Notes under the pieces: model-generated
The model's database searches: none
Told to the model about the DNA's origin: nothing
What the model saw: the letters and a program-made list of their open reading frames with translations, nothing else
Shown here: piece by piece, positions 49,793 to 61,050 of the stretch
Layout of the letters: the number at the start of each line of letters is the position of its first letter
Numbering within the stretch: position 1 is the stretch's first letter
NCBI GenBank assembly: GCA_963778655.1
Contig: CAVZVA010000009.1
Span: 1,472,001-1,536,000, forward strand
Length of the DNA: 64,000 nucleotides
Direction: 5' to 3'
Origin: an uncultured delta proteobacterium
Lineage (GTDB): Bacteria; Myxococcota_A; Polyangia; Polyangiales; JAFGIB01
Made by a program: the position numbers and the translations under genes

Positions 49793-51323
49793 CGTCGGGG
49801 TGCAGGCTCACCCGATACCAGCCCCGCTCGGTGCCTATCTGCAGCGTGGTCCGCCCCTGGCGGTGGCAGCCGGCCAGCTGCAGCGGCGCGCCCGCCGAGC
49901 CCGGCAGCTCGGCGACCGCCTGCAGCGGCCCGGCCTGTGCGCCCAGCGCGCGCCGCAACAGCAGCGCGCCCGCGGGCCGCGCCAGGCAGAAATACGCGTA
50001 CACCACGCCGTCCTGGTCGAGCAGCGCTGCCGGCGGCGCCGCCGGCTCCGGCAGCGCCACGAACGGCGCGTCTCCGCGCTGCCATAGCAGCTGCGGCGAC
50101 GGCGCGCGGCGGCTGCACAGCGCGACGCCCGCACACGCGTGCAGGGCCTGCACCCGCTCGAGCTCAGCGTCGCCGAGCGCGAGCGGCTCGAAGCTGTCGC
50201 CGCCGTCGCGCGAGCGCAGCGCGCGCGCGCCCCCCTCCGCAGCGCGGCCCAGCAGGATCAGGTCGCGCTGGCCGTCGCTCGCCAGCCGCAGCGCGCGCAG
50301 ACCGTCGCGCACGCGGCGAAAGCTGCCGCCGAGATCGTCGCTGGCGAACAGCGCGCCGGCGGGCGTGGCCGCCCACAGCCGCAGCGCGCCCGGCTCACCG
50401 GTGATCGCCAGCGACGCGACCGGGCTGTGCTCGCCCTGCGGCTGGCGCGGCGGCGCGAAGCTGCGCCCGCCGTCGAGCGAGCAGCACACGCCCTCGGGCG
50501 TCGCGCAGGCGATCAGGAAGGTGTCGCCGGCTTGCGCGGCCGCCAGCGCGAGCAGGCCGGAGCCGCCCGGTTGCGCGCGCAGCGCGCGGCTCGCGTCGCT
50601 CGGCAGCAGCAGCAGGCCCGCGTCCCAGCCCACGCCCACCTCGCCTGCGGCCAGCAATGCCTGCAGCGGATGCCCCAGCTGCAGCACCGGCTCGAGCCGA
50701 ACCTGCGCCGCGGGCAAGCGCGCGCCGCGCAGGCCGGGCGCAAGCTCGAGCTGCGCCTCGTCGTCGTCGTCGCGCGCCAGGTCGCCGCTCAGCGCCTCGA
50801 GCAGCTCGGCGGCAAACGCCTCGTTGTCGGCGTCGCCGCCGGAACCGTCGTCGAGCGGAGGCAGCCGATCGAGATCCAGCCCGAGCGGCCCGCCCTCGTC
50901 GTCGAAGCCTTCCTCGCCGCCGTCCCCGCTGGGCGATGGTGGCTCGTCCAGCTCGAGCGGGTCGTCCTCCCACTCTTCCTGCAGCGCGTCGTCCGGCCCG
51001 TCGCCAGCGAGCTGATCGTCGGCCTCGTCCTCCTCGAAGTCGTCGTCGGAAAGAGAGGCGTCATCGCGCGGCGTGCCGTCGTCGAGCCAGCTCTCCTCGT
51101 CCTCTTCGCCGTCGATCAGGTCGCCCTCGCCGCTCTCCTCGAGGCCGGTGTCGACCGCGTCCAGGCCGTCCTGGTCGTCGTCGTCGCCCAGGCCCAGGTC
51201 GTCGTCCTGGTCGGGCTGCCAGCTCTCTTCCTCGCGCGCCTGATCGCGCACGCGGCCGAGCGCGGGCGGCAGCTCGAGGTCGTCGTCATCGAGATCGAAT
51301 GCCGGCTTGTGCGGGAGCGCCAT
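49776..51323 (-). CDS. Hypothetical protein: very acidic N-terminal region plus Asp-box (BNR) beta-propeller-like domain
   Basis: About 180 aa D/E-rich stretch; Asp-boxes SLDGGRSF, SDDLGGSF, SRDGGDSF. Confidence 0.7.
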   Translation of the reverse strand: MALPHKPAFDLDDDDLELPPALGRVRDQAREEESWQPDQDDDLGLGDDDDQDGLDAVDTGLEESGEGDLIDGEEDEESWLDDGTPRDDASLSDDDFEEDEADDQLAGDGPDDALQEEWEDDPLELDEPPSPSGDGGEEGFDDEGGPLGLDLDRLPPLDDGSGGDADNEAFAAELLEALSGDLARDDDDEAQLELAPGLRGARLPAAQVRLEPVLQLGHPLQALLAAGEVGVGWDAGLLLLPSDASRALRAQPGGSGLLALAAAQAGDTFLIACATPEGVCCSLDGGRSFAPPRQPQGEHSPVASLAITGEPGALRLWAATPAGALFASDDLGGSFRRVRDGLRALRLASDGQRDLILLGRAAEGGARALRSRDGGDSFEPLALGDAELERVQALHACAGVALCSRRAPSPQLLWQRGDAPFVALPEPAAPPAALLDQDGVVYAYFCLARPAGALLLRRALGAQAGPLQAVAELPGSAGAPLQLAGCHRQGRTTLQIGTERGWYRVSLHPDGAGRV

Positions 51324-51370
51324 GGCCACCGCAAAAGGTAGCCGCCCGCTCTCGCTCTGCCAACCGGACC

Positions 51371-52132
51371 CTACTTGCGCCCAGCCGGCGTGCGGCCCAG
51401 GCGCTGCATCACCTGCTGCAGGTCTTCCCAGACCACGCGCTTGTGCTCGGGGCTGCGCAGCAGATAGGCCGGGTGGTAGGTCGGCATCACCGTGAACCCG
51501 TGCCAGCTGCCGAAGCGGCCGCGCCAGGGGCTGCCAGGGCGTGCCAGCCCGAGGTTCTCGGCAGCGCAGCGGCCGAGCGCCACGATCAGCTTGGGCGCCA
51601 CCAGCTCGAGCTGCGGCACGAGGAAGCGCGCGCAGGCCTGCGCCTCGTCCGGCGCCGGCGTGCGGTTGTCGGGCGGGCGGCACTTGACCACGTTGCAGAT
51701 GTAGACCTCGTCGCGGCCGTAGCCCATGGCGGCGATCATCTTGTCGAGCAGCTGGCCCGCCGCGCCCACGAACGGCAGCCCCTGCAGATCCTCGTCATGG
51801 CCCGGCCCTTCGCCCACGAAGGCCAGCTCGGCGTGCGGATTGCCGCGCGCAAACACGCTGCGGGTGCGCTTCTGGTGCAGCACGCACGCGGTGCAGCCGG
51901 CGGCCTCGGCCGCGAGCTGGGCGAGCCGGCGCTCCCTGGGCACGCCGTCCGCTGCTGCGCCGGCGCCGGGCTCACTCGCAGCGGCCGCGGCCTGCGCCGG
52001 CGGGCCGGCCGGCGCGGGCTCGAGCCCTTGCCAGGGCGAAAGCCCCACCCCGCCCAGCTCTTGCTCGACCTCGAGATGCGCCTTGAGCGCCCCGGCCAGC
52101 GCCGCGAGCTCGGCGCGCGCGTCCTCGTCCAT
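51371..52132 (-). CDS. Uracil-DNA glycosylase, family 4
   Basis: CTACVL, VGEGPG..ED..G.PFVG.AG.LL, NVVKCRPP.NRTP, TYHPAYLLR. Confidence 0.95.
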   Translation of the reverse strand: MDEDARAELAALAGALKAHLEVEQELGGVGLSPWQGLEPAPAGPPAQAAAAASEPGAGAAADGVPRERRLAQLAAEAAGCTACVLHQKRTRSVFARGNPHAELAFVGEGPGHDEDLQGLPFVGAAGQLLDKMIAAMGYGRDEVYICNVVKCRPPDNRTPAPDEAQACARFLVPQLELVAPKLIVALGRCAAENLGLARPGSPWRGRFGSWHGFTVMPTYHPAYLLRSPEHKRVVWEDLQQVMQRLGRTPAGRK

Positions 52133-52234
52133 CGCCTGCGAACTACTTGATCGGGACGCCAAGTCAACGGCCCCGTGCCGACCCAGCAGCTTGCACCCGC
52201 CGCCCGCCCGCAGCGCAGCGGCGCTGCGATTCGG

Positions 52235-52263
52235 TTGACCCCTCGATTCCGCACTGATAGTGT
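52235..52263 (+). promoter_or_regulatory. Putative sigma70 promoter for the PP2C phosphatase gene
   Basis: TTGACC-N17-TAGTGT with extended TGn; RBS GGAGG at about 52277. Confidence 0.5.
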
Positions 52264-52291
52264 TTTCGACTACTTCGGAGGATCTCTATCC

Positions 52292-53071
52292 GTGCCGGGC
52301 CAAGCGCGTGTCCTTGCCGCCGGGGTGACCGACGTTGGACGGAAGCGCACCCACAACGAAGACAGTTTTGCCATCGTTGATGGCGAGCATCTGTTTCTCG
52401 TAGCCGATGGCATGGGTGGCCACTCCTCGGGTGAGGTCGCCAGCCGCATGGCGATCGAGACCATGAGCGAGTTCTTCCAGGCCACGTCCGCCGATCCCGA
52501 GGCGACCTGGCCGTACAAGATGGACAAGACCCGCGGCTACGAGGAAAACCGCCTGGTTACCGGGATTAAGCTGGCGAATCGCCGGATCTTCGAGGCCGCG
52601 CAGCGAGAGACGCGGCTGCACGGCATGGGCACCACGATGGTGGCGCTGCTGGCGGTCGGCGACGCCTGCCTGATCGGCCACGTCGGCGACTCGCGCGCCT
52701 ACCGCTTGCGCGGCAGCTCGCTCGAGCAGCTGACCGAGGACCACTCGCTGCTCAACGACTACATCAAGATGAAGTCGATGACGCAGGAGGAGATCGAGAA
52801 CTTCCCGCACAAGAATGTGATCGTGCGCGCGCTCGGCATGAAGGAGACCGTCAAGGTCGACGCCATCTACGACAAGCCGCGACCCGGCGACCTGTATCTG
52901 CTGTGCTCGGATGGCCTGTGCGGCCCCGCCGGCGACGAGGAGATCCGCGAGATCGCGCTCAAGCACAAGGACCTGCGCGAGTGCGCCCAGGCGCTGGTCG
53001 ACCGGGCCAACGAAAAGGGTGGCCCCGACAACATCACGGTGGTCCTGTGCCGCTGGGTCGGCGCCTCCTGA
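52292..53071 (+). CDS. PP2C-family Ser/Thr phosphatase (Stp1/PrpC type)
   Basis: TDVGRKR..NED, VADGMGGH, MGTT, HVGDSR, CSDGL, GGPDNIT. Confidence 0.95.
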   Translation: MPGQARVLAAGVTDVGRKRTHNEDSFAIVDGEHLFLVADGMGGHSSGEVASRMAIETMSEFFQATSADPEATWPYKMDKTRGYEENRLVTGIKLANRRIFEAAQRETRLHGMGTTMVALLAVGDACLIGHVGDSRAYRLRGSSLEQLTEDHSLLNDYIKMKSMTQEEIENFPHKNVIVRALGMKETVKVDAIYDKPRPGDLYLLCSDGLCGPAGDEEIREIALKHKDLRECAQALVDRANEKGGPDNITVVLCRWVGAS

Positions 53072-53075
53072 GGCC

Positions 53076-53195
53076 TTTCGACCGAGAAACGTCCAGGAGC
53101 GGCTCACCTCCTCGGTCCGACCCTGCGGCGTGCTCGAAGTACGCCTCGGTCCGGCCCTGCAGGGGCGCTCGCTCCTGAATGCTTCTCGACCGAAA
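53076..53195. mobile_element. MITE-like element, family B, 120 bp
   Basis: ccaggagcggctcacctcctcg...gtacgcc..ggtccgg...ggcgctcgctcctgaa matches the reverse complement of 39909-40031; imperfect terminal inverted repeats. Confidence 0.7.
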
Positions 53196-53239
53196 TGGGG
53201 TCGGCCGGAGAGGGATCAGGGACGAGGCGCTGCGGGGTG

Positions 53240-54175
53240 TCAGAGTTGAATCATGCGGCCTGCGGTGGTGACCACGGCGTCTTGCAGGCTCCGGGTGATA
53301 CGGGCACCGGGCCAGGCCACCACCCGGGTCAGGCTGGCGCCGGGGGCGATTTCGGCGGCGCTGCCCACCACCACCTGCCGCAGCTGGCAGCCGGCGCCCA
53401 GGCGTGCGTCCGGGGCGCATAGCAGGCCGCCCGCACCTGGGGTGATACCCGGCCACGCCAGGCGGCCGCTGGCGAGCGCGAGGTTCGCGTCCAGGTAAGC
53501 GCGCAGGTCGACGCCGATGTCGAGCCAAGGGCTCTCGTCGATCACCGCGGCGACCGGCTCGCCCCGCGCCAGCCACGGCAGGTAGGCGTGCTCGATGATG
53601 TCGCCCTGCTGGGGCAGGTCGCGCCAGGCCCGCGCGCTGAGGATCTGCACCCCGGTGTACATGTACGGGCCGCCGCTGGCGGCCGCAGCGGGCTGCTGCG
53701 GCAGGCCGCGGATGCGCCGCACGCGCCGCTCGGCGTCGAGCTCGACCGGGGCAAAGCCCGTGCCCGGCGGGCTCGGCCGCAGCACCATGGTGGCGATCGC
53801 GCCCCGCGCGCGGTGCTCCGCCAGCGCGCGCGCCAGGTCGGGCGCGAACAGCAGCTTGGCGTTGACCACCACCAGGTCCTCGCCGTCCTGCGGCTGCCAG
53901 GCGTTGCGCACGCCGCCCCCGGTGCCGAGGATCACCGGCTCGTGCACGAAGCGCAGCCGCAGCGCGGGTGGACAGCAGCGCTCGAGCTCCGCGCGCAGCC
54001 GTTCGGCCAGGTGGTGGGTGTTGACCAGCGCCTCCGTGAAGCCGGCGCGCACCAGGTGGTCGCAGGCGAACCAGGCCACCGGCCGGTTGCCCACAGGTAG
54101 CGCAGGCTTGGGCAGCTCGCGCGTGAGCGGATCGAGCCGCGTTCCCAGCCCGGCCGCCACCAGCATCGCCCGCAT
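53240..54175 (-). CDS. NDP-sugar pyrophosphorylase-family nucleotidyltransferase
   Basis: AMLVAAGLGTRL.PLT.ELPKP, EP.ILGTGGG, C-terminal hexapeptide-like repeats. Confidence 0.9.
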   Translation of the reverse strand: MRAMLVAAGLGTRLDPLTRELPKPALPVGNRPVAWFACDHLVRAGFTEALVNTHHLAERLRAELERCCPPALRLRFVHEPVILGTGGGVRNAWQPQDGEDLVVVNAKLLFAPDLARALAEHRARGAIATMVLRPSPPGTGFAPVELDAERRVRRIRGLPQQPAAAASGGPYMYTGVQILSARAWRDLPQQGDIIEHAYLPWLARGEPVAAVIDESPWLDIGVDLRAYLDANLALASGRLAWPGITPGAGGLLCAPDARLGAGCQLRQVVVGSAAEIAPGASLTRVVAWPGARITRSLQDAVVTTAGRMIQL

Positions 54176-54181
54176 GGACCC

Positions 54182-54348
54182 AGAGCACCGAACAGATTGA
54201 AACCTGTGCGAAGTCGGGGTCATGGCGGGATGCAGGGTGCGGGCGGGAGCCCGAAGGCGTAGTTCATCCTACGTCGAGCGGGGAGCGCGCGTGCCCTGCG
54301 CCCGCCAGGGCCCCGAAATCGTGCGTGTTTCAATCTGTTCGGTGCTCT
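54182..54348. mobile_element. MITE-like fold-back element, family D, 167 bp
   Basis: Perfect 22-bp terminal inverted repeats agagcaccgaacagattgaaac / gtttcaatctgttcggtgctct, with imperfect pairing continuing inward. Confidence 0.75.
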
Positions 54349-54459
54349 AGCATAGCGGGTTCCCGATAATGGGCGTGGGAAGCGAATCTGCTATATCCCG
54401 GCCCTGGGCCGGCGGCCGCGTCCGGCTGTCCATGGGCCCAGCAACACGGAGCGAGGATC

Positions 54460-55773
<1,314 letters not shown>

Positions 55774-55776
55774 CGC

Positions 55777-56748
55777 GTGCCCAAACGCGTGCTGGTGACC
55801 GGCGCTGCAGGCTTCATCGGCAGCCATGTGATTGAAGCGCTGGCGCGGCGCGGCGACCGTGTGGTGGGGCTGGATGCGTTCGACGACTACTACGCGCAGG
55901 AGCTCAAGCGCCGCAACGTGGCGGAGCTGCGCGCGGCCCTGAGCTCGCCCGAGGCCTTCGAGCTGGTAGAGGGCGACGTGCGCGACCGCGCGCTGTTGCA
56001 GCGGCTGTTCGCGCAGCAGGGCTTCGACGCCGTGGTGCACCTGGCCGCGCTGCCGGGCGTGCGCGCGTCGATCGGCCAGGCAGCGCGCTACTTCGAGGTC
56101 AACGTCGGCGGCACCATAGCGTTGCTCGATGCCGCCGTGGAACGGGATGTGCCTCACTTCGTTCTCGCCTCGACCTCGTCGGCGTACGGCAACAGCAGCC
56201 GGCTGCCGTTCGTGGAGGATGACCCCTGCGACCGCCCGCTCGCGCCCTACCCCGCCAGCAAGCGCAGCGCCGAGCTGCTCGGCCACAGCTATCACAACCT
56301 GCACGGCTTGAGCTTCAGCGCGCTGCGCTTCTTCACCGTGTACGGCCCGCGCAACCGGCCCGACATGATGGCGCACAAGCTGCTCGACAGCATCGCGCAC
56401 GGGCGTGAGGTGGCGGTCTACGAGGGCGGCCAGCTCAAGCGCGACTGGACCTACGTCGGCGACATCGTGCAGGGCGTGCTGGCCGCGGTCGACAAGCCGC
56501 TGGGCTACGAGATCATCAACCTCGGCCGCGGCGAGCCGATCTTGCTGGCGGACTTCGTGCGGACAGTCGAGCAGCTCGCCGGCAAGCCAGCGGTCACCCG
56601 GGACGCCCCGATGCCGCTCGCCGACGTGCGCCAGAACGCAGCCGACATCGGCAAGGCTCGCCGCCTGCTCGGCTACGACCCGCAAACCTCGGTGCGCGAA
56701 GGCGTGGAGAAGCTGTGGGCGTGGTACCAGGCGCTGGCCCGTCCGTAA
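55777..56748 (+). CDS. NAD-dependent epimerase (UDP-glucuronate 4-epimerase-like)
   Basis: TGAAGFIG, HLAA.PGVR.S, YPASK, LRFFTVYGP..RPDM. Confidence 0.9.
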   Translation: MPKRVLVTGAAGFIGSHVIEALARRGDRVVGLDAFDDYYAQELKRRNVAELRAALSSPEAFELVEGDVRDRALLQRLFAQQGFDAVVHLAALPGVRASIGQAARYFEVNVGGTIALLDAAVERDVPHFVLASTSSAYGNSSRLPFVEDDPCDRPLAPYPASKRSAELLGHSYHNLHGLSFSALRFFTVYGPRNRPDMMAHKLLDSIAHGREVAVYEGGQLKRDWTYVGDIVQGVLAAVDKPLGYEIINLGRGEPILLADFVRTVEQLAGKPAVTRDAPMPLADVRQNAADIGKARRLLGYDPQTSVREGVEKLWAWYQALARP

Positions 56749-56900
56749 CGCGCCAGCCGCCTCTGCCTTCGAGCGCTCGCCGCCGCCCGGCCGCGCGCGA
56801 GAGCCTCGGGCGCAACCCCCTCGAGGGTGATCGCAGACGCGGACACCGGCTGTAAGCACAAGCATTGTTGGTGCCATTCACGCATGGCATGTTTTCTGCC

Positions 56901-57231
56901 ATGGGGGGCACCGCTCGCAACTTCCACGTTCCGCTGCCCAAAGAAGTCCACGACGCCCTCCGCGGCGAGGCCGAACGGACCGGCAGACCCGCGACCGCGC
57001 TCGCGCGCGAAGCGATCGAGGCCTTCCTGCGACGCAGGCGCAGGAAGGCGTTGCATGAAGCCATCACTGCCTACGCGAGCTCACGGGCCGGGACTGACGA
57101 CGACCTAAGATCCCATGCTTGAGCGCGCCGCGATCGAGCACCTGGTCGACGATGAGGAGCTCGGCACGCTACCAGCTCCGCTGCTGGGTGCGCTGGCCGA
57201 GGGGATCAAGGCGGCGCTGGACCTGCCGTGA
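56901..57231 (+). pseudogene. Ribbon-helix-helix antitoxin-like gene (apparent +1 frameshift near 57108) running into a MazF/PemK-like C-terminal remnant
   Basis: RNFHVPLPKEVHDALR.EA...GRPATALAREAI is RHH-like. The corrected tail reads AGTDDDLDPMLERAAIEHL-VDDEE-LGTLPAPLLGALAEGIKAALDLP*. Confidence 0.6.
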
Positions 57232-57293
57232 GCTCGGTAAGGGCGGGTCGAGATTGCGTAGAAATCACGGTTCCAGAGGGCTAGAGTGAGCAC

Positions 57294-57857
57294 ATGGCCA
57301 CCGCCGTGTACGCTCGCCCGCCGCTGACCTACCAGGAGTACCGGCTGCTGCCGGAAGACGGCAAGCGCTACGAGCTGATGGAGGGAGATCTGTTCGTGTC
57401 GCCCGCGCCTTCGCCCTGGCATCAAACCGTTTCCGGCCGGATGCTGCACATGCTCATGACGCAGCTCCAGGACTCGGGCCTTGCCCGAGTCTTTCCGGCG
57501 CCGATCGACCTGGTGCTGGAGCCCGAGTCGGTGGTGCAGCCGGATCTCGTGCAGGTCGGCAGGGCCCGCAAGCACATCGTGACCGAGCGCGCGATCGAAG
57601 GCGCTCCCGACGTCGTGGTCGAGATCCTCTCCCCGGGCTCGCGCGATCGCGACAAGCACATCAAGCGCCGCCTCTACGAGCGCTTCGCCATCCCCGAGTA
57701 CTGGGTCGTCGACCCCGACCTCGGTCGCATCGAGATCTGGCGCATCGAAGCCGGCCGCTACGGCATCCGCGCCCAGCTCGACCGCGCCTCCACGCTCACC
57801 TCCCCCGACTTCCCCGAGCTCTCCATCCCCCTGCTGCCGCTGTTCCAGCAGGCGTGA
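57294..57857 (+). CDS. Uma2-family PD-(D/E)xK endonuclease-like protein
   Basis: RYELMEG, PAP...HQ, VQPDL, APDVVVEILSPG...D...KR.LY....IPEYWVVDP. Confidence 0.93.
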   Translation: MATAVYARPPLTYQEYRLLPEDGKRYELMEGDLFVSPAPSPWHQTVSGRMLHMLMTQLQDSGLARVFPAPIDLVLEPESVVQPDLVQVGRARKHIVTERAIEGAPDVVVEILSPGSRDRDKHIKRRLYERFAIPEYWVVDPDLGRIEIWRIEAGRYGIRAQLDRASTLTSPDFPELSIPLLPLFQQA

Positions 57858-57871
57858 AGCGCTGAGAGCAC

Positions 57872-58828
57872 ATGGACCTTCGAGATCGGCGCGTCGTAGT
57901 CACGGGCGGGGCGGGCTTCGTGGGCTCGCACCTGGTCGCTCTTCTTCACCAGCGCGGCTGCGCGGAGGTCTTCGTCCCGCGCAGCCGCGACTACGACTTG
58001 GTCGAGCGCGAGGCGGTGCGCCGGCTCTACCGCGACACGCGCCCGGACCTGGTGGTGCACCTGGCCGCGCGCGTGGGCGGCATCGGGGCCAACCAGCGCA
58101 ATCCGGGAGCGTATTTCCACGACAACCTGCAGATGGGCGTGCACGTGCTCGAAGAGGCGCGGCGCGCCGAGATTCCAAAGGTCGTGCTGGCCGGGACCAT
58201 CTGCTCCTACCCGAAGTTTGCGCCGGTTCCGTTCCGCGAAGAGACGCTCTGGGATGGCTATCCGGAGGAGACCAACGCGCCCTACGGTATCGCCAAGAAG
58301 GCCCTTCTGGTCATGGCTCAAGCCTACCGCCAGCAGTACGGAACCAACGCGGTCGTGCTGCTGCCGGTGAACCTCTACGGCCCGCGAGACAACTTCGACC
58401 TGGAAAGCAGCCACGTCATCCCGGCCATGATCCGCAAGTGCATCGACGCCAGCGCCGCAGGCCGCGACGAGATCGTCCTGTGGGGAGACGGCACGCCGAC
58501 CCGCGAGTTTCTCTACGTCGAAGACTGCGCGCGCGGCTTCGTGCAGGCCGCCGAGCGCTACGACGGCAGCGAGCCCGTCAACCTCGGCGCGGGCTTCGAG
58601 ATCAGCATGGCCGAGCTGGCCAGCAAGATCGCCGGGCTCACCGGCTACCAGGGCCGGATCGTCTGGGACCGCAGCCGTCCCAACGGCCAGCCCCGTCGCA
58701 GCCTCGACACCAGTCGCGCCGAACGCTTCTTCGGGTTCAAGGCCAGCACCTCGTTCGAGCAGGGGTTGCGCAAGACGATCGACTGGTACCGCGGGCACAA
58801 GGAGAGCGTGCGTGTCGCCACAAGCTGA
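57872..58828 (+). CDS. fcl: GDP-L-fucose synthase
   Basis: [47 protein letters not shown]. Confidence 0.95.
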   Translation: MDLRDRRVVVTGGAGFVGSHLVALLHQRGCAEVFVPRSRDYDLVEREAVRRLYRDTRPDLVVHLAARVGGIGANQRNPGAYFHDNLQMGVHVLEEARRAEIPKVVLAGTICSYPKFAPVPFREETLWDGYPEETNAPYGIAKKALLVMAQAYRQQYGTNAVVLLPVNLYGPRDNFDLESSHVIPAMIRKCIDASAAGRDEIVLWGDGTPTREFLYVEDCARGFVQAAERYDGSEPVNLGAGFEISMAELASKIAGLTGYQGRIVWDRSRPNGQPRRSLDTSRAERFFGFKASTSFEQGLRKTIDWYRGHKESVRVATS

Positions 58829-59831
58829 CAAGGTCGCGCTGATCACCGGCATCACCGGCCAGGACGGCAGCTACCTGGCCGAGCTGCTGCTCAACAAGGG
58901 CTACACCGTACACGGCGTGGTGCGCCGGTCGTCGTCGTTCAACACGCAACGCATCGATCACCTGTACGTCGACCCGCACAACACCAAGGCGCGTCTGTTT
59001 CTGCACCACGGCGATCTCGGCGACGGCTCCGCGCTGGCGCGGCTGCTGCGCGAGCTCGAGCCCGACGAGATCTACAACCTCGGCGCGCAGAGCCACGTTC
59101 GCGTCAGCTTCGACCTTCCCGAATACACCGGCGACGTCAGCGGGCTCGCCAGCGTGCGCCTGCTCGAGGCCATTCGCGACGCGCACATTCGCCCGCGCTA
59201 CTACCAGGCGTCTTCCTCCGAGCTGTACGGGGGCCTGGGCAACGCGCCGCAGAACGAGAACACGCCCTTCAATCCCCGCAGCCCGTACGCGGCGGCCAAG
59301 GCGTACGCGTTCTACATCACCAAGAACTATCGCGAAGCCTACGGGCTGTTCGCGGTCAACGGCATCTTGTTCAACCACGAGAGCCCGCGGCGCGGCGAGA
59401 CCTTCGTCACGCGCAAGATCACGCGCGCGATCGCGCGCATGAAGTACGGCCTGCAGGACAAGCTCTTCCTCGGCAATCTCGAGTCCCGCCGCGACTGGGG
59501 CTTCGCCGGCGATTACGTGGAAGCGATGTGGCTGATGCTGCAGGCCAGCGAGCCGGAGGACTACGTGATCGCCATGGGCGAGACCCACACGGTTCGCGAG
59601 TTTCTCGAGGCGGCCGCCGCGGTTGCCGCTGTCAACGTCGACGGGCGCGTCGAGCTCGACCCGCGTTACCTGCGTCCCACCGAGGTGGATCTCCTGCAGG
59701 GAGACGCGAGCAAGGCGCGCGCCAAGCTCGGCTGGAAGCCCACGGTCGACTTCGAGGGGCTGGTTCGCATGATGGTCGACGCCGATTTGGAGCTCGCCGA
59801 GCGCGAGCACTTCCTCACCCAGCGCAAGTGA
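58812..59831 (+). CDS. gmd: GDP-mannose 4,6-dehydratase
   Basis: [53 protein letters not shown]. Confidence 0.97.
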   Translation: MSPQADKVALITGITGQDGSYLAELLLNKGYTVHGVVRRSSSFNTQRIDHLYVDPHNTKARLFLHHGDLGDGSALARLLRELEPDEIYNLGAQSHVRVSFDLPEYTGDVSGLASVRLLEAIRDAHIRPRYYQASSSELYGGLGNAPQNENTPFNPRSPYAAAKAYAFYITKNYREAYGLFAVNGILFNHESPRRGETFVTRKITRAIARMKYGLQDKLFLGNLESRRDWGFAGDYVEAMWLMLQASEPEDYVIAMGETHTVREFLEAAAAVAAVNVDGRVELDPRYLRPTEVDLLQGDASKARAKLGWKPTVDFEGLVRMMVDADLELAEREHFLTQRK

Positions 59832-60109
59832 GCCGGTCGGGCAACGGGCGCCCGACGCGGTCGCCTGAATGTTCGCGCGAGCGCCACGGCACCGGGCGAG
59901 CTCGATGGCGCCGTTCGGGCTGACAACGCCTTGACCGGCGTGCGCCCAGAAAGCTGTGGGGGGGTATCGCGGGCGAGAGGGCCGGTAGGCGGCAGGCCCC
60001 TGTTCGCCCACCGTGGCGAGTCGATGTAGTCTCTGAGCTGCGAGCCAGACAGTTCTTCTCCGCCCTTGTACTGCAGGTGTATGCTTCCCGTTTCGCTCGA
60101 GGCGCCGAC

Positions 60110-60991
60110 ATGGGTCTGCTCGACATCGTGCGCTTCGTCGTCACCCATCCGGTGGGCAAGCGTGCTCCGCTGCGTGCGCTCGGCCGGGTCGCTGCGTGGC
60201 AAATAGCAAGTCGCGCGAGTCCCGGAGCCATCGCGGTTCCCTTTATAGGTGGTGCGCGCCTGCTCGTGGAGCGCGGCATGACGGGGGCTACCGGCAACGT
60301 CTACGTCGGGCTGCACGAATTCGAGGGCATGGCATTCGTGCTGCATGCGTTGCGTCCAAGCGATCTGTTTCTCGACGTTGGCGCCAACGTCGGCTCGTAT
60401 ACGGTGCTCGCCGCCAAGGGCGTCGGCTGCCGCTGCGTCACGGTCGAGCCGATCGCCGCGACGGTACAGAAGCTCCGCGACAATATTGCGCTCAATCACG
60501 TCACCGATCGGGTGGACCTGTATGAGTGCGCGGTCGGGGAGAGCGAAGGCGTCGTTCGCATGACGATGCAAAACGACACGGTCAATCATGTCGTGACGTC
60601 GTACGACGTTGGCACGGCCGAGGTGCCCTGCCGTACTCTCGATGGGTTGCTCGGCGACCGTGCGCCTCTGTTGTTCAAGATGGACATCGAGGGTCATGAG
60701 CTCGCCGCGTTGCGCGGTGGCCGCGGGCTGTTGTCTAATCCGGCGCTCGCTGGGTGCATCGTCGAAACTCTGGGTGCCGGCGGCAGCGACAACCCGGAGC
60801 TAGCGGAAGTCGCGGTTCTACTCGGAGAGCACGGGTTTCAGCCCGCGTCCTACGACCCATGGCAGCGCAAGCTGATGCCGATCGCGCGGCTCAACCTCGG
60901 CGGCAATACGCTGTTCGTGCGCGACTGGGAGGCGCTTTCCGCGCGTATTCGTTCTGCGCCGGCGTTCGAGGTTCTTGGGCAACGCTGCTGA
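60110..60991 (+). CDS. FkbM-family methyltransferase
   Basis: FLDVGANVGSY, VEP, KMDIEGHE. Confidence 0.9.
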   Translation: MGLLDIVRFVVTHPVGKRAPLRALGRVAAWQIASRASPGAIAVPFIGGARLLVERGMTGATGNVYVGLHEFEGMAFVLHALRPSDLFLDVGANVGSYTVLAAKGVGCRCVTVEPIAATVQKLRDNIALNHVTDRVDLYECAVGESEGVVRMTMQNDTVNHVVTSYDVGTAEVPCRTLDGLLGDRAPLLFKMDIEGHELAALRGGRGLLSNPALAGCIVETLGAGGSDNPELAEVAVLLGEHGFQPASYDPWQRKLMPIARLNLGGNTLFVRDWEALSARIRSAPAFEVLGQRC

Positions 60992-61050
60992 GTTGGAGCT
61001 GCGGCCACGGCTGTTCGTGACGCGGCCTGCGCTCCCCTGAGGCGTCGTCC

